IMG/VR virus record: IMGVR_UViG_3300018080_000161
Source of the DNA: an uncultured virus (IMG/VR IMGVR_UViG_3300018080_000161)
Lineage: Duplodnaviria; Heunggongvirae; Uroviricota; Caudoviricetes
DNA length: 64,000 nucleotides
Direction: 5' to 3' (one strand)
Positions 41,700-52,520 of the stretch are shown one piece after another; within the stretch, counting starts at the first letter, position 1, and each line of letters opens with the position of its first letter. The translations under genes and the position numbers were made by a program. The notes under the pieces are model-generated. The model was not told the DNA's origin. It did not search any database and saw only the letters and a list, made by a program, of their open reading frames with translations.

Positions 41700-44090
41700 A
41701 TGCCTTTGACCCCGAAACAGCGGTGGCCGTACCCCAAGGAAGATCAAGATCCTTGGTACGAGGCCGTCAAAGCGCTCTGGCTAGCAATCGATGCCACCGC
41801 TTTCGCCTCACGTGAAGACCTGCAATTCATCCTAGCTGGCGGTGGGACCATCTCTTGGGACGCCACCTCGAGCACATGCACGTGGACGAGCTCCATCATC
41901 ATGATGGCAGCTCCCACCGGATGGCGTGAGCTCATCGCGGCCGGCAACGTCGAGATCGCGGACGGTGAGCTCGTGTACGTGGAGCTCAGCCGCGCACCGC
42001 AGAGCGAGCAGACGCTCACGATGCAAACTGCCAGCGTGCTGCCCAAGACCGACAACGTCCTGGTGCTAGCGATCCGCATCGGCACCGACCTGTACTGGCG
42101 CAACGGCACCGTGCTCGGAGACGGCGACTCGGTCGTGAACTGGAAGCCCTCGGCAGGGTTCACGGCGAACGGCGACTTGTCGGGTGACGCCTCGACCCAG
42201 ACCGTAATCGGCATACAAGGCCGCACGGTGGCCGCGACGGCGCCGACGACTGGGCAGGTCTACAAGTGGTCGGGGACGCAGTGGGTGCCCAGTGCAGACT
42301 CCGCAAACACGATGCCCACGCTGGTCTTCCGGCCAGGCGGCACCGCGAGCGGGAACGTCTACGTGAGCTGGGCCAACCTGATGGCGGCGTTCAACACCAT
42401 CGAGGGCCCGGTCTGGATCGACATGGACGACGTGTCGGGCACGCTCACCATCCCGACCGGCACGCACGACATGGAGGGCCGGGCAGTTTTCCGTTGCCGC
42501 AAGGACGAGGGCCGCAACACGATGTACCTCGCCTCGGGCTGCGTGCTCCAAGACCCGGCAGGGTTCGAGCACATGGTCGTCGATGCCCAGGCGGCTTCGA
42601 CTGGCTACATGCAGTTCGCGGCTGGCGGTGTGGTCCACGCGTTCGACACCAACTTCACGACGAACTCGAGCGTGCGCACGCTCATCGACGCGAGCATCGG
42701 CAGCACCCTGATCCTGCACGATTCGGACATCGTCGGGTTGGGGGAAGGGGTGCCGGTCTACCAGTCGGTGGGCGCGGACGGGGTGCCGGCCTACATCTAC
42801 CAGGAAGGCTACGCGGTCATCCCGACGAACGTCTTCGGCGGTTCGGGCGACATCGAGGTCTGGTTGGAAAACTCCTGGACCACGTGCAGCGCCAGTCACG
42901 CGGACCTGACCGGCTCGTTGACGATCAACTCTCCGCCGAGCTCCTCGAGCGCGGTGCAGACGACCTTCGTCTTCAAGCCGGGCGGCACGCCAGCCGACAA
43001 CGTCTATGACACCTGGTCGTTGCTCATGGCCGACTTGGCAGCGGTCAACGGTCCGAAGGTCATCGAGTTCGACAGTTCCGAGGACCCGAACCTCCGGTGC
43101 GACATCCCGAGCGGCAAGCACTCGTTGGGGCTCGACACCATCCTGCGCGGCCGGTGGGGCGACTCGGGCAAGGAAGTCAAAGTCCTCATGGCAGACGGCG
43201 CCAAGTTCGAAGACGCCTCTGTCCTCGAGGGAGGGCTCGAGATCTGGAGTGCCAGCACCGACGTCGTCTTCTCGTGGACTGACAACCAGAAGCACCTCAT
43301 CTTGCGCGAGACCGTGAAGCTGTACGGCGCGCAGTACGCCGGTCAGGCGGCTCCCACGTCGCCTCTCATGGACGGCTACGGCATCGTGCTCGAGATGCGG
43401 GACGACTCGTTTCTAGGGGCATCCTCGGGCGACCAGGCCATCATCAACACGGAGCTCGAGAGTACCAACACGTTGCATCTGTACGATCACGCGTGGGTGG
43501 GAGCTGCGGACGGAGGGACAGGGGACGGTTACTGCTTCACGTTCGGTGTGGACGCCTTCTTGTACGTGAACATCTACGACCAGGCGGTCTACTTCCGCGA
43601 CCAAGCGATGTCGAACATCCTCACGAGTCTGTACTGCATCCGCAGGCACGTGATTGATCTGACCAAAGGTGCCGTGAGCAACCCCACTGTCACCCCGATG
43701 GCGTGCGGCGCGAACTACGTGAGCTTCGACAGCCTGCCCAAGCACCTGAACCTGACCTGCAAGTTCCGGGTGATCATCGAGACGACGAGCGGGACGGCCG
43801 GCTTCGAAGCGTACGTCGACTTGTACGACGCGCACGGCCAGCTCAACGCAGGCACCCCCCAGGTGGTTCCAGGTTCGCAGACCGACACCGGGACCGGCTC
43901 GGCTCCCACCGGGGCACCCACCCCGAACGCGTTGGTCCCCAGCTTGTACGAGGTGGACCTGACTTCGGCGATCTTGGCAGCCACGTGGGTGAGTGACATC
44001 GCCATCTTCGAAGCACGCGTCTGGATCGGCACGGCCGGCGGCGGCAACGCGGCCATCTGCAAGTCTGCGGAGTTGATCTTCGAGTGGTAA
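41700..44090 (+). CDS. fibre-like virion protein with internal duplication
   Basis: GDLSG..GIQG..PTTGQVYKWSGTQWVP fibre motif; two VF(R/K)PGG..NVY..W..LMA repeats. Confidence 0.65.
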   Translation: MPLTPKQRWPYPKEDQDPWYEAVKALWLAIDATAFASREDLQFILAGGGTISWDATSSTCTWTSSIIMMAAPTGWRELIAAGNVEIADGELVYVELSRAPQSEQTLTMQTASVLPKTDNVLVLAIRIGTDLYWRNGTVLGDGDSVVNWKPSAGFTANGDLSGDASTQTVIGIQGRTVAATAPTTGQVYKWSGTQWVPSADSANTMPTLVFRPGGTASGNVYVSWANLMAAFNTIEGPVWIDMDDVSGTLTIPTGTHDMEGRAVFRCRKDEGRNTMYLASGCVLQDPAGFEHMVVDAQAASTGYMQFAAGGVVHAFDTNFTTNSSVRTLIDASIGSTLILHDSDIVGLGEGVPVYQSVGADGVPAYIYQEGYAVIPTNVFGGSGDIEVWLENSWTTCSASHADLTGSLTINSPPSSSSAVQTTFVFKPGGTPADNVYDTWSLLMADLAAVNGPKVIEFDSSEDPNLRCDIPSGKHSLGLDTILRGRWGDSGKEVKVLMADGAKFEDASVLEGGLEIWSASTDVVFSWTDNQKHLILRETVKLYGAQYAGQAAPTSPLMDGYGIVLEMRDDSFLGASSGDQAIINTELESTNTLHLYDHAWVGAADGGTGDGYCFTFGVDAFLYVNIYDQAVYFRDQAMSNILTSLYCIRRHVIDLTKGAVSNPTVTPMACGANYVSFDSLPKHLNLTCKFRVIIETTSGTAGFEAYVDLYDAHGQLNAGTPQVVPGSQTDTGTGSAPTGAPTPNALVPSLYEVDLTSAILAATWVSDIAIFEARVWIGTAGGGNAAICKSAELIFEW

Positions 44091-44099
44091 GGGGAGACG

Positions 44100-45248
44100 A
44101 TGACCGTACCCGTACTAGAGAAGAACTGGCAGCACGTCGTCAACGTGGCGTGTGGAGGGCAGAGCACTGACGAACGGGACGCCGCCGACTACTGCATCAA
44201 CGTCAAGGACGCGTTGGTCGGCTTCCCCTCCGGGCAGTGGAGCGTCGTCGCCAGTTCGGACGGTACGACCGCAGACCTGACGGACAGGTGGACCGACCCG
44301 ACCACGTTGCTCTGGAACACGGACGGCAGCCCACACGCCTGGATCGTGCTCGCGAACAGTGCGACGGGCATGGAGATCTGTTTCGACTTCAACACCACGA
44401 CGGCAGGAACCGCAGAGCTCCTCGTGTCTCCGTCTGACGGCTTCGACGTGAGCTCACCCGTCACCACGAACCGGCCGACCACGACCGACACGATTTCCTA
44501 CACCACGACGGACGCGTTCGCGCACCTCAACGGAACGTGGTCGGGCTACGCGCACATCATGATGAGCACGGACGGCGAATGCACCAGGTTCATGCAGTGC
44601 ATCTCCGGTTTGCTGTGCGGGCTCGTCATCCTCGACACGGTGAAGGACCCGTTGACTGAGTGGACGTCTGACCAGCTTGTCTGCTTCTCCTACGGGGCCA
44701 GTGGCGGCATCGACATGTACGTCCGAGCCTACGACGTGGACTCGTTCACCAAGCTCCGGTTCAACGGCAGCTACTTCCGGGCTTACCTCACCAGCGGGGG
44801 CTACGACAACCAGGCGCTCGGGGAAGTTCTGACAGTCGTGGACGGCCTCACGGGGGAGTGGCTCGTGAGTCCTGTCGGCATCGCGAGTGAGTACGGAAGC
44901 AGGCAGGGGCGCAAGGGGGCTCTGTACGACCTTTGGTTCGGGCCGAAGAGCATAAACAACTCCGGGGACTGCTTCCCGGCAGACGGTTCGAAGCAGTTCG
45001 TTCAGTTCGGCTTCATGATCTTCCCTTGGAACGGCACGACCCCGAACGGCGGGGGCACGGACAGACCTATCGGCATTGCTCCGATGACGGGTGGCGCACC
45101 AGATCGAATCCGGACCTTCTACAAGATGGCTGGGTGGAACACCGTCTTGCTTCAAACAGAGACATGGATCTCAGCGACGGTGCCCTCGACGACGCCTCCG
45201 GTAGGCCCGTGCGTCAACGTCAAGATCGCAGCGAGGTGGAATACCTGA
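44100..45248 (+). CDS. paralogue array member 1 (~320-aa domain fused to small C-terminal domain)
   Basis: LEKNW, WSVVASSDG, AWIVL, STDG, LYDLWFG, QFG..FPWNG, YKMAGWNT..ETW. Confidence 0.8.
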   Translation: MTVPVLEKNWQHVVNVACGGQSTDERDAADYCINVKDALVGFPSGQWSVVASSDGTTADLTDRWTDPTTLLWNTDGSPHAWIVLANSATGMEICFDFNTTTAGTAELLVSPSDGFDVSSPVTTNRPTTTDTISYTTTDAFAHLNGTWSGYAHIMMSTDGECTRFMQCISGLLCGLVILDTVKDPLTEWTSDQLVCFSYGASGGIDMYVRAYDVDSFTKLRFNGSYFRAYLTSGGYDNQALGEVLTVVDGLTGEWLVSPVGIASEYGSRQGRKGALYDLWFGPKSINNSGDCFPADGSKQFVQFGFMIFPWNGTTPNGGGTDRPIGIAPMTGGAPDRIRTFYKMAGWNTVLLQTETWISATVPSTTPPVGPCVNVKIAARWNT

Positions 45249-45249
45249 G

Positions 45250-46200
45250 ATGACTATTCCCGCGCTAGAGAAGAGTTGGGAGTTCAACGTCAACATCGCT
45301 TGTGGCGGTCAGTCCACGGATGAGCGGGACTGCGCGGACTACTGCATCAAGGTCAAGAACGCCCTCGTCGGGTTCGCTTCCGGGCATTGGAGGGTCAAGG
45401 CGAGCTCGGACGGAACCAACGCAGACTATGAAGATCGGTGGAACAGCCCGGCTGCTCTGCTCTGGGGGACAGGCGACCACGCTTGGATCGTGCTGAGGAA
45501 CGACACGACCGGTCTGGAGATTTGCTTCGACTTCAACAACGCCAGCGCTCGGTACGCCGAGATGCACGTTTCCCCCTCTGCCGGGTTCGACGTCAGTGAC
45601 CCCAGTAAGTCTGTTCGGCCGACCGCGACCGACACGATGACTTGGGACTCGTCAGACGCCTTCGGAGCGTTCAACGGTAATTGGCGCGGGCGTGCTCACG
45701 TCATGCAGAGCACGGACGGAGAGTGCGTCCGGTTCCTTCAGTGCACGAACAACAACCTCGTCGGGGTCGTCTTGTTGGAGGCTATCAAGGACCCGATGTC
45801 CACGTGGGTGACGAACCAGTTCTACTGCTTCGCCTACGGCAGTAGTCTCGGCATCGACATGTACAGCAGGGCGTACAGCGCCGAGACATATGCCCGCACA
45901 CGCTACAACTCCTCGTTGGTGGGCGGCTTCCTGACCACGGAAGGGACCTCGGGCGGCCCCTTGGGGGTTCTGATGACTTCCCCAGATCCGCTCACGGGGG
46001 AGTGGTTGTTCGCCCCTGTCGGTCTTTGGATTTTGTACGGAGGCTACCAGGGTAGGAAGGGTTCCCTGTACGACCTCTGGTTCGGGCCGAAGGCCCTAAA
46101 CCCGACAGGAGATGCCTTCCCGTCAAACGGCACGCGGCAGTTCGTGCAGTTCGGCTTCATGGTCTTTCCCTGGAACGGCTCAACCCCGCAGGTGTTCTGA
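45250..46200 (+). CDS. paralogue array member 2
   Basis: Close paralogue of member 1 without the small domain. Confidence 0.8.
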   Translation: MTIPALEKSWEFNVNIACGGQSTDERDCADYCIKVKNALVGFASGHWRVKASSDGTNADYEDRWNSPAALLWGTGDHAWIVLRNDTTGLEICFDFNNASARYAEMHVSPSAGFDVSDPSKSVRPTATDTMTWDSSDAFGAFNGNWRGRAHVMQSTDGECVRFLQCTNNNLVGVVLLEAIKDPMSTWVTNQFYCFAYGSSLGIDMYSRAYSAETYARTRYNSSLVGGFLTTEGTSGGPLGVLMTSPDPLTGEWLFAPVGLWILYGGYQGRKGSLYDLWFGPKALNPTGDAFPSNGTRQFVQFGFMVFPWNGSTPQVF

Positions 46201-46448
46201 TGGCAGACGTAGACGGAGACTTGGGCGAGCGTGGGGTCTTCGGACAGACTGCTCCGATGGCAAGACCTCTCCGGGTCATCACGGACACGAGCGGCGTGCC
46301 GGATCAGCCTCGCACTTACTTCAAGATGATCGGATGGAACACGACGTGGGGCGCTCCGGAGACGTGGGTGGTGGAGGATGCTCCTTCGGACACACCTCCG
46401 GTAGGCCCGTGCGTCAACATCGAGGTATCCGCAGTCTGGGACGCGTGA
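46200..46448 (+). CDS. stand-alone small domain of the array
   Basis: YFKMIGWNTTWGAPETW..PPVGPCVN matches C-terminus of member 1. Confidence 0.75.
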   Translation: MADVDGDLGERGVFGQTAPMARPLRVITDTSGVPDQPRTYFKMIGWNTTWGAPETWVVEDAPSDTPPVGPCVNIEVSAVWDA

Positions 46449-46449
46449 C

Positions 46450-47442
46450 ATGGCAGAGCCTATACTCAAGAAGACCTGGGAGTTCCACCACACCGCCGTG
46501 AACGGTTCGGCGCAGCTCTACCTGTGGACGCTCAAGAACCAGCTCCTGAACATGACCCACGCTCCGTGGACGGTTCACGCGAGCTGCGGGTACAACGGTT
46601 CGACTTTCGACTACGCGTTGGGGGTGGACTATTGGGTTGATGTCGATGACTTGGTCGGGGGTACAGGGGACCGCTCATGGATCGTGCTGACGAACAGCGT
46701 GACAGGAGCCCAGCTTCTCATAGGTATGGGAAGCGGCTCGGAAGAGAACTGTAGCTTCTACTACTCGCCTGGGGGGCTGTACACGTCCACTGGGTTCAAC
46801 GCCTCGACTTACCCGACCGCGACGGACTACATTTCCATGGGCTACCGGTACGGGTGGGGCGGCAGCGACACAGGGTGGCAGCACGTCATGCAGAGCACGG
46901 ACGGTACGTGCCTTCGCATCTTCCCGACACGAGTTGATCGAGCTTACAACTACGACGGCATGCCGCACGCCACGGGGTGGATCATGTTCGACGAGGTTCA
47001 GGACGCTCCTCCGTTGTGGGAGGTGCCCCGTGCTGTCGCAGCCGCGTTCGGGAACACCTATGAGGGAAGTGACTACCTGACCTGGGGCAAGTGGGGAGCC
47101 AACACTGCTCAGATCAAAGCACGGGTGAACGGGGTACATACGTCTTTGTTTGCAGGCACACCCATCGTGAATAGCTACTTCTACGGGTACCAGATCAACA
47201 ATGAAACCGACACCGACCCGATTGAGCGAGCTTGCACCGGGATGGTCCTGTTTGCTGTGGAGGTTGGGGAGGAAGGGTACCGAGGACAGTTGACAGACCT
47301 GTGGTGGGGCCAGTTGACCGGCAACAGGGGAGGTACGGTCAAACCCTACGCGACCGGGACCACGTTCGGAGCCAACGGGGACTTCATCCAGATGGGCGAG
47401 ATGGTCTTCCCCTGGGATGGCTGGGCTTTGCTCGGAGACTGA
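46450..47442 (+). CDS. paralogue array member 3
   Basis: LKKTW, WTVHAS, SWIVL, STDG, DLWWG, FPWDG. Confidence 0.8.
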   Translation: MAEPILKKTWEFHHTAVNGSAQLYLWTLKNQLLNMTHAPWTVHASCGYNGSTFDYALGVDYWVDVDDLVGGTGDRSWIVLTNSVTGAQLLIGMGSGSEENCSFYYSPGGLYTSTGFNASTYPTATDYISMGYRYGWGGSDTGWQHVMQSTDGTCLRIFPTRVDRAYNYDGMPHATGWIMFDEVQDAPPLWEVPRAVAAAFGNTYEGSDYLTWGKWGANTAQIKARVNGVHTSLFAGTPIVNSYFYGYQINNETDTDPIERACTGMVLFAVEVGEEGYRGQLTDLWWGQLTGNRGGTVKPYATGTTFGANGDFIQMGEMVFPWDGWALLGD

Positions 47443-47444
47443 TC

Positions 47445-48389
47445 ATGCCACTTCCTACCCTAGAAAAGACTTGGAGCTTCGACGTCAACAAGCCCATCTC
47501 AGACTGGGCTGGGCTGTTCTTCCAGATCAAGGACGGTCTGGTGAACTGCGGGTGGACGGTATCGAGTTCGTGCGGCAAGGGGGGTACGGGTGGTCTGATC
47601 GTAGACACGAACGACAACTGGCTCTCGGCGGCGGACATCGAGTTTGATGTCTACGGTAGCCCGCATTCGTGGATTGTTCTTCGTAGTCCAGGTGGCTTGG
47701 AGTTCTGTATGGAGAACGCCAGCACCAACATGTACTGGCAGACGTTTAGGTGTTCTCCTGACGGGTTGTACGCAACGACAGGGCTTTCCTCTGGTACGCG
47801 GCCTCCAGCGGATGACGAGATCTACGTGTCCGGTAACCCCGGAGGGGGTGGGGCTGGTTACGTACACGTCATGGCGACCGCAGACGGCTGCATGAGGTCC
47901 ATTGTGTGCCGTGGCGGGTACAGCACAGGGCTTTTGCTGATCACCGCAGTGAAGGAGCCCAACCCCTCGACGTGGACGAAAAAGCTGTTCGCCTGTGCTG
48001 GCGGGGGCACCACCTCGTACACCCCTGCCGAACGGCTTGAGTACAGTGACGGGTGGGTCAACGGTACATTTCTCACTCGGTTCAGGGTGACGACCGATGA
48101 CGAAGAGCTTGCTCACCAATCTGCCGTCATGACCTACGAGATGGTGGATGGGTCCCCGATCATGTACAAGAACGTCACTGGGCAGAACGTCCATGGCTTC
48201 ACTCCGGTCGGGTTGTTCAAGCCCGACTTCCCCAACAAGGCGTGGCGAGGGAGGCTAGTGGACTTTTGGTGGGGGCAGACAGTCGTGAACGGGGGAGACA
48301 CCTACCCCTCCGGAGGAGGCAAGGAGTTCGTGCAGTTCGGTGACATGATTTTCCCTTGGGACGGCACCTCGACGCCGCTGTTGACCTAA
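47445..48389 (+). CDS. paralogue array member 4
   Basis: LEKTW, SWIVLRSP, TADG, DFWWG, QFGDMIFPWDG. Confidence 0.8.
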   Translation: MPLPTLEKTWSFDVNKPISDWAGLFFQIKDGLVNCGWTVSSSCGKGGTGGLIVDTNDNWLSAADIEFDVYGSPHSWIVLRSPGGLEFCMENASTNMYWQTFRCSPDGLYATTGLSSGTRPPADDEIYVSGNPGGGGAGYVHVMATADGCMRSIVCRGGYSTGLLLITAVKEPNPSTWTKKLFACAGGGTTSYTPAERLEYSDGWVNGTFLTRFRVTTDDEELAHQSAVMTYEMVDGSPIMYKNVTGQNVHGFTPVGLFKPDFPNKAWRGRLVDFWWGQTVVNGGDTYPSGGGKEFVQFGDMIFPWDGTSTPLLT

Positions 48390-48390
48390 G

Positions 48391-51300
48391 ATGCCCTACG
48401 CAACCAAATCCCTCAGCCTCAACGGCTCCACGAAGTACGTCAACCTCGGGAACGTTCTCGACTTCGACACTGATGACGAGAGGACCGTCGAGATTTGGTT
48501 CAAGACGACGGCCACATCTGGGTATCTGGTATCGAAGCGGGGAGGCAGCACGGCCTTTCTGGGGTGGGGGCTCTTCGTGAACGGCTCGGGGGAGCTCGAG
48601 ATCGAACTGTGCAACGACTTCGCGACGACGACGCAGATCGACGTGAACACGACTTCGACCTGGAACGACGGAGACTGGCATTGCGCCGCCTTCACGTGGG
48701 ACGGCAACAGTTCGCCCGGCGCCGCAGGTCTGAAGCTCTACGTGGACGGTGTCCAACAGGTCTTGAACGTGACGACCGATGGGCTCGGATCGAACGCCAT
48801 CACGAACACCAGCGACTTCAACGTCGGTGGTCGTACCAGCGGCAACGTCCTGTTGGCCGGCAACGTGGCACAGCTCAAGGTCTACGACAGGGTCCTCACC
48901 GCAGCCGAACTGCTTGCTTCCTACAACGGGGGCAACCCTGTCGACCCCAGCAACCTGAGCACTGTAGACGCCCTTCTGGCGTACTTGCCCCTCGGCAACG
49001 ACGACACCTACCCGACCGCCTACGAACGCGCTCTGGACCCCGTCGTGCCCATGGAAGCGGGCATCAAGAGCACCACCTACCAGGTCCCGAACGACGAGGT
49101 GGGGGTGGAGTGGGGCCGAGGCGTGGGCTTTCGGGACATGGAAGCGTTCTACCCAGGACCAGGCGGCACCTTCAGTCGCTTCTCGACGAAGTTCCGACCC
49201 TCCGCGACCTACTACCGGATGGGCAAGATCAACAAGCAGGCGATCGACGATTCGTGGAGCATCTCCTTCTGGGTCAAGTACGACGACACCAGCTCGACGT
49301 ATCGACAGTTCGTGACCAAGGCGACAGACAACAACCGCAACGGCAACTATATTGTCAGGCCGCACTACTCGTCCCCAGGGCAGATCGGCGTGCTTATGCG
49401 GGGAGGCAACTTCGTTGGGTTCGTCGAGGTCTACACGACGGCGAGCTCCTTCAACGACGGAAGCTGGCACCACGTCTGCGTGACCTACAACGGCAACAAG
49501 CAGAGCACGGGCGTGCACATCTGGGTCGACAACGTGGACGAGCCGCTCACGACGGTACAGAACTCGACCCTGCTCAGTCTGCTCGACGACTCGTTCAACA
49601 TCGGTGGCTACTCCGACAACGCCAACTCCATCAACGGGCAGATGGCGCAGGTCGCGATGTACGACGCGGCTCTCGACGGCACTGCGGTCGCTGCCATCTA
49701 CAACAGCGCGGTCCCCAACGACCTGTCCTTGTTGGCGAGTGCCTCCGACCTGCTTTCGTGGTGGCCCATCGGCAGCGAGGACGGGGACCTGGACCGGCCC
49801 GGCACGCTCGTCAACATGGACTCGAGCAACTCGAGCTCGACGGCGCCGGGCGGTGTGCTTCCTCAGTCTTTCCAGTTCAACGGCAGCAACGAAACCATCT
49901 CGTTGGGAGACGTCTTCAACTTCGAGAGCGACCAGGCGTTTTCCTTCTCCATGCAGGTCAACACCTCGTACTCGGGAGGGACGCAGACGATCCTCTCGAA
50001 GCTGGACAGCAGCTTCCGAGGGTACACGGTCGAGATGGACTCGAGCGGCGTCATCTACGTCGAGATCGCGAGCTCGAGCTCGAACAAGATCCAGGTCTAC
50101 ACGACCTCGAGCGGCCACAACTCGGGCACGTGGAAGAACATCACGGTGGCCTACACGGGCTCGGGGGCGGCTTCGGGCGTCTCGCTATGGGTCGACGGAT
50201 CGCTTCAGACCCTCACGACCGGCTCGGACACCCTGACCACGACCATCGTGGACACGGCCGATCTGCGGTTCGGTTCGCGGTCGACGGGAGTACAGTACTT
50301 CAACGGGTACATGACCGGGATCATGTTCTTCGCGACGGCTCTCATCGGCGCCGACGCTACAGCCATCTACAACGGCGGTACGCCGGTCGACCCCCTGACG
50401 CTCGACAAGGCCCCCTATTTGGTTGGCTACTGGCCCCTGGGATTGGGCTACTCGCCCGGCACGATGGTCGGGATGAGCGGCGCCGACATCCAAGACGACG
50501 CCCCGTACTCGAGCTCGCTCACGACGGAGAAGACGTGGGTGACGACGGCCAACTACGACGTGGGCGGGACCGGCCAGACGATGGACGCCCTTGGAAAACT
50601 CCTCATTCTCGACCTGAAGAACAAGCTGGCCGCGAACGGCTGGACCGTCATCGGCTCGAGCAACACGGTGACCTACGAGTGGCAAGGCGACACGGCTGGA
50701 CCCTACGACGTGTGGAGCTCGAGCTCCGACATCATCTGGCGCGACTCGGACCTGGGCATCGGGCCCGTCTCGTGGGTCACGCTTCAAGGGCCCGTCTCAC
50801 CCGAGGGGCAGTTCTGGATCACCATCGCGTGGTACGGAAGCACGCAAGAAGGCATCACGATCTACGCGTCGAACGCCAAGCCGACGCTGCCGGCCAGCCC
50901 GCTCGCCGACTTCCCCCAGCCCTCGAGCGAGCAGTGGTTCTGGATCTTCGACCGAGCGCAGTTCTTCAACTGGTACAACACGACGACCGCAGTGAGGAAC
51001 TACTTCTCGGCGTGCGTGGCCGATGGGAGTTTTATCCTCGGGCGCCAGACCATGAACGAGAGCGACTGGAACTCCCTCACGATGTTCCACGTCGTCGACA
51101 GCGACTTCGCGCCGGCCGACTTCCCCATGCAGGCTGTCGGCTACGGTCTGTATTGGACCTCGTGGAGCCTGACGAGTCTCGAGAACTTCCGCTGCTACGT
51201 ACCCGGCTTCCCGAACGACATCCGGGCAGTCCCGGTGGTGGGCAGGTACGCCACGAGCACCTACGCGGACAACCTGTTCACCGAGGACTCGCTCGGGGGC

Positions 51301-51516
51301 GACACCCCGGCGCGACCGGTCTTCCTCGTGCCGCGCAACGCCATCTCGGGCAAGCTCGCGGGCGGCCACCCGATCGTCTGCCGCGTACCCGACTTGTTCC
51401 TGAGCAACACGACCACGGCACGCGGGTCGATGGCCCCCTACGAGGTGCCCTACCTGTACACGAACGTGGAGGGGTACATGTGGTTCCCAGGTGACACGGA
51501 GCCGAGCTACTCATGA
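48391..51516 (+). CDS. LamG/concanavalin-like x3 plus array domain (member 5)
   Basis: Three DG.WHH..T..G..L.VDG LamG repeats; C-terminal EKTW..GWTVIGSS..SWVTL domain. Confidence 0.8.
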   Translation: MPYATKSLSLNGSTKYVNLGNVLDFDTDDERTVEIWFKTTATSGYLVSKRGGSTAFLGWGLFVNGSGELEIELCNDFATTTQIDVNTTSTWNDGDWHCAAFTWDGNSSPGAAGLKLYVDGVQQVLNVTTDGLGSNAITNTSDFNVGGRTSGNVLLAGNVAQLKVYDRVLTAAELLASYNGGNPVDPSNLSTVDALLAYLPLGNDDTYPTAYERALDPVVPMEAGIKSTTYQVPNDEVGVEWGRGVGFRDMEAFYPGPGGTFSRFSTKFRPSATYYRMGKINKQAIDDSWSISFWVKYDDTSSTYRQFVTKATDNNRNGNYIVRPHYSSPGQIGVLMRGGNFVGFVEVYTTASSFNDGSWHHVCVTYNGNKQSTGVHIWVDNVDEPLTTVQNSTLLSLLDDSFNIGGYSDNANSINGQMAQVAMYDAALDGTAVAAIYNSAVPNDLSLLASASDLLSWWPIGSEDGDLDRPGTLVNMDSSNSSSTAPGGVLPQSFQFNGSNETISLGDVFNFESDQAFSFSMQVNTSYSGGTQTILSKLDSSFRGYTVEMDSSGVIYVEIASSSSNKIQVYTTSSGHNSGTWKNITVAYTGSGAASGVSLWVDGSLQTLTTGSDTLTTTIVDTADLRFGSRSTGVQYFNGYMTGIMFFATALIGADATAIYNGGTPVDPLTLDKAPYLVGYWPLGLGYSPGTMVGMSGADIQDDAPYSSSLTTEKTWVTTANYDVGGTGQTMDALGKLLILDLKNKLAANGWTVIGSSNTVTYEWQGDTAGPYDVWSSSSDIIWRDSDLGIGPVSWVTLQGPVSPEGQFWITIAWYGSTQEGITIYASNAKPTLPASPLADFPQPSSEQWFWIFDRAQFFNWYNTTTAVRNYFSACVADGSFILGRQTMNESDWNSLTMFHVVDSDFAPADFPMQAVGYGLYWTSWSLTSLENFRCYVPGFPNDIRAVPVVGRYATSTYADNLFTEDSLGGDTPARPVFLVPRNAISGKLAGGHPIVCRVPDLFLSNTTTARGSMAPYEVPYLYTNVEGYMWFPGDTEPSYS

Positions 51517-52520
51517 GCTGGTACCAGAACGACTACCGCAAGACCTGGAACATGGTCGATTCCGGCAGCATCATCCGCATCGGTACCAGCGGCACCGACA
51601 CGGACGAGGCGACAGCTCGGGGCAAGGCCACGCTCTTCGCCATCAAGGACAAGCTCACCGAGGCAGGCACGGGCGCGTGGACGGTGCTCGCGAGCTCGGA
51701 CGGCACCACGGCGAGTACGGCTGACAACTGGGCGAGCCCTGACGACCTGGTCTGGGCGGCGAACGACACCACGGCACGTTCGTGGGTTCTGCTTCAGTCT
51801 CCCACGGGCCGAGCCGGCACCTTCTACCTGCTCATCGACTACTACGGCACGAACACCCGCTACGCGCACCTCACGTTCACCAAGTCCCAGCCGAACATCT
51901 CTTCCCCGCAGATCAACGCGAGGCCCCCGGCGACGGGCGACGAGTGGCAGCACACGAACGCTGTCATCTGCGTGGGTTCGGCGAGCGACCAGTGGGTCAC
52001 CTCGTTCGCGCTCGTGCGGGCGACGGACGGCAGCTTCTTCGCCTTCTCAGCGACTCCTCGAGGGCTCGCCAGTCCCACCGAGGACAACGATCAGTTTTTC
52101 CGGACGTACTACATCTTCAACGTGCTCCAGAACGCTCCCCCGTGGGACACGGTCGGAGCCGCCTCGCTCATCGTTGCCAACCAGTCAACCGAGACCTGGT
52201 ACGCCACGAGCATGCCCTTCCAGAGCCTGCACTCGGACGGCACCCAGGTGAACCTGTCTCCGGTGTGGCTGAATACCTACGTTGATCCGATGCCGAATGA
52301 GATGCACACGAACCCCTGGACCGGGAACTACGTCTCGTTGCCGGTCTGGCTCGTTTGTGCCGATGGTGGGAAGGTGTGTTGGCGGGGACAGCTCGAAGAC
52401 ATCTTCTGGTTGCCGTCTTCCATGGCGGATGGGTTCCTCCTGTTCAAGAATGAGTTGGTGAAGGCCATCAAGGTCGGGCCGTTCAGTTGTCCGATGTTCG
52501 AAAGGTCGGGGTTGATCTGA
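51513..52520 (+). CDS. paralogue array member 6
   Basis: KTW, WTVLASSDG, SWVLLQSP, TDGSF, GQLEDIFW. Confidence 0.8.
   Translation: MSWYQNDYRKTWNMVDSGSIIRIGTSGTDTDEATARGKATLFAIKDKLTEAGTGAWTVLASSDGTTASTADNWASPDDLVWAANDTTARSWVLLQSPTGRAGTFYLLIDYYGTNTRYAHLTFTKSQPNISSPQINARPPATGDEWQHTNAVICVGSASDQWVTSFALVRATDGSFFAFSATPRGLASPTEDNDQFFRTYYIFNVLQNAPPWDTVGAASLIVANQSTETWYATSMPFQSLHSDGTQVNLSPVWLNTYVDPMPNEMHTNPWTGNYVSLPVWLVCADGGKVCWRGQLEDIFWLPSSMADGFLLFKNELVKAIKVGPFSCPMFERSGLI

Noticed and set aside
48495..51494. 999-aa overlapping ORF and other long off-frame or antisense ORFs (2239-4263, 20135-22030, 48217-50118)
   Set aside because: Arg/Gly-rich shadow frames expected in high-GC coding DNA; no motifs, unlike the nested methyltransferase ORF
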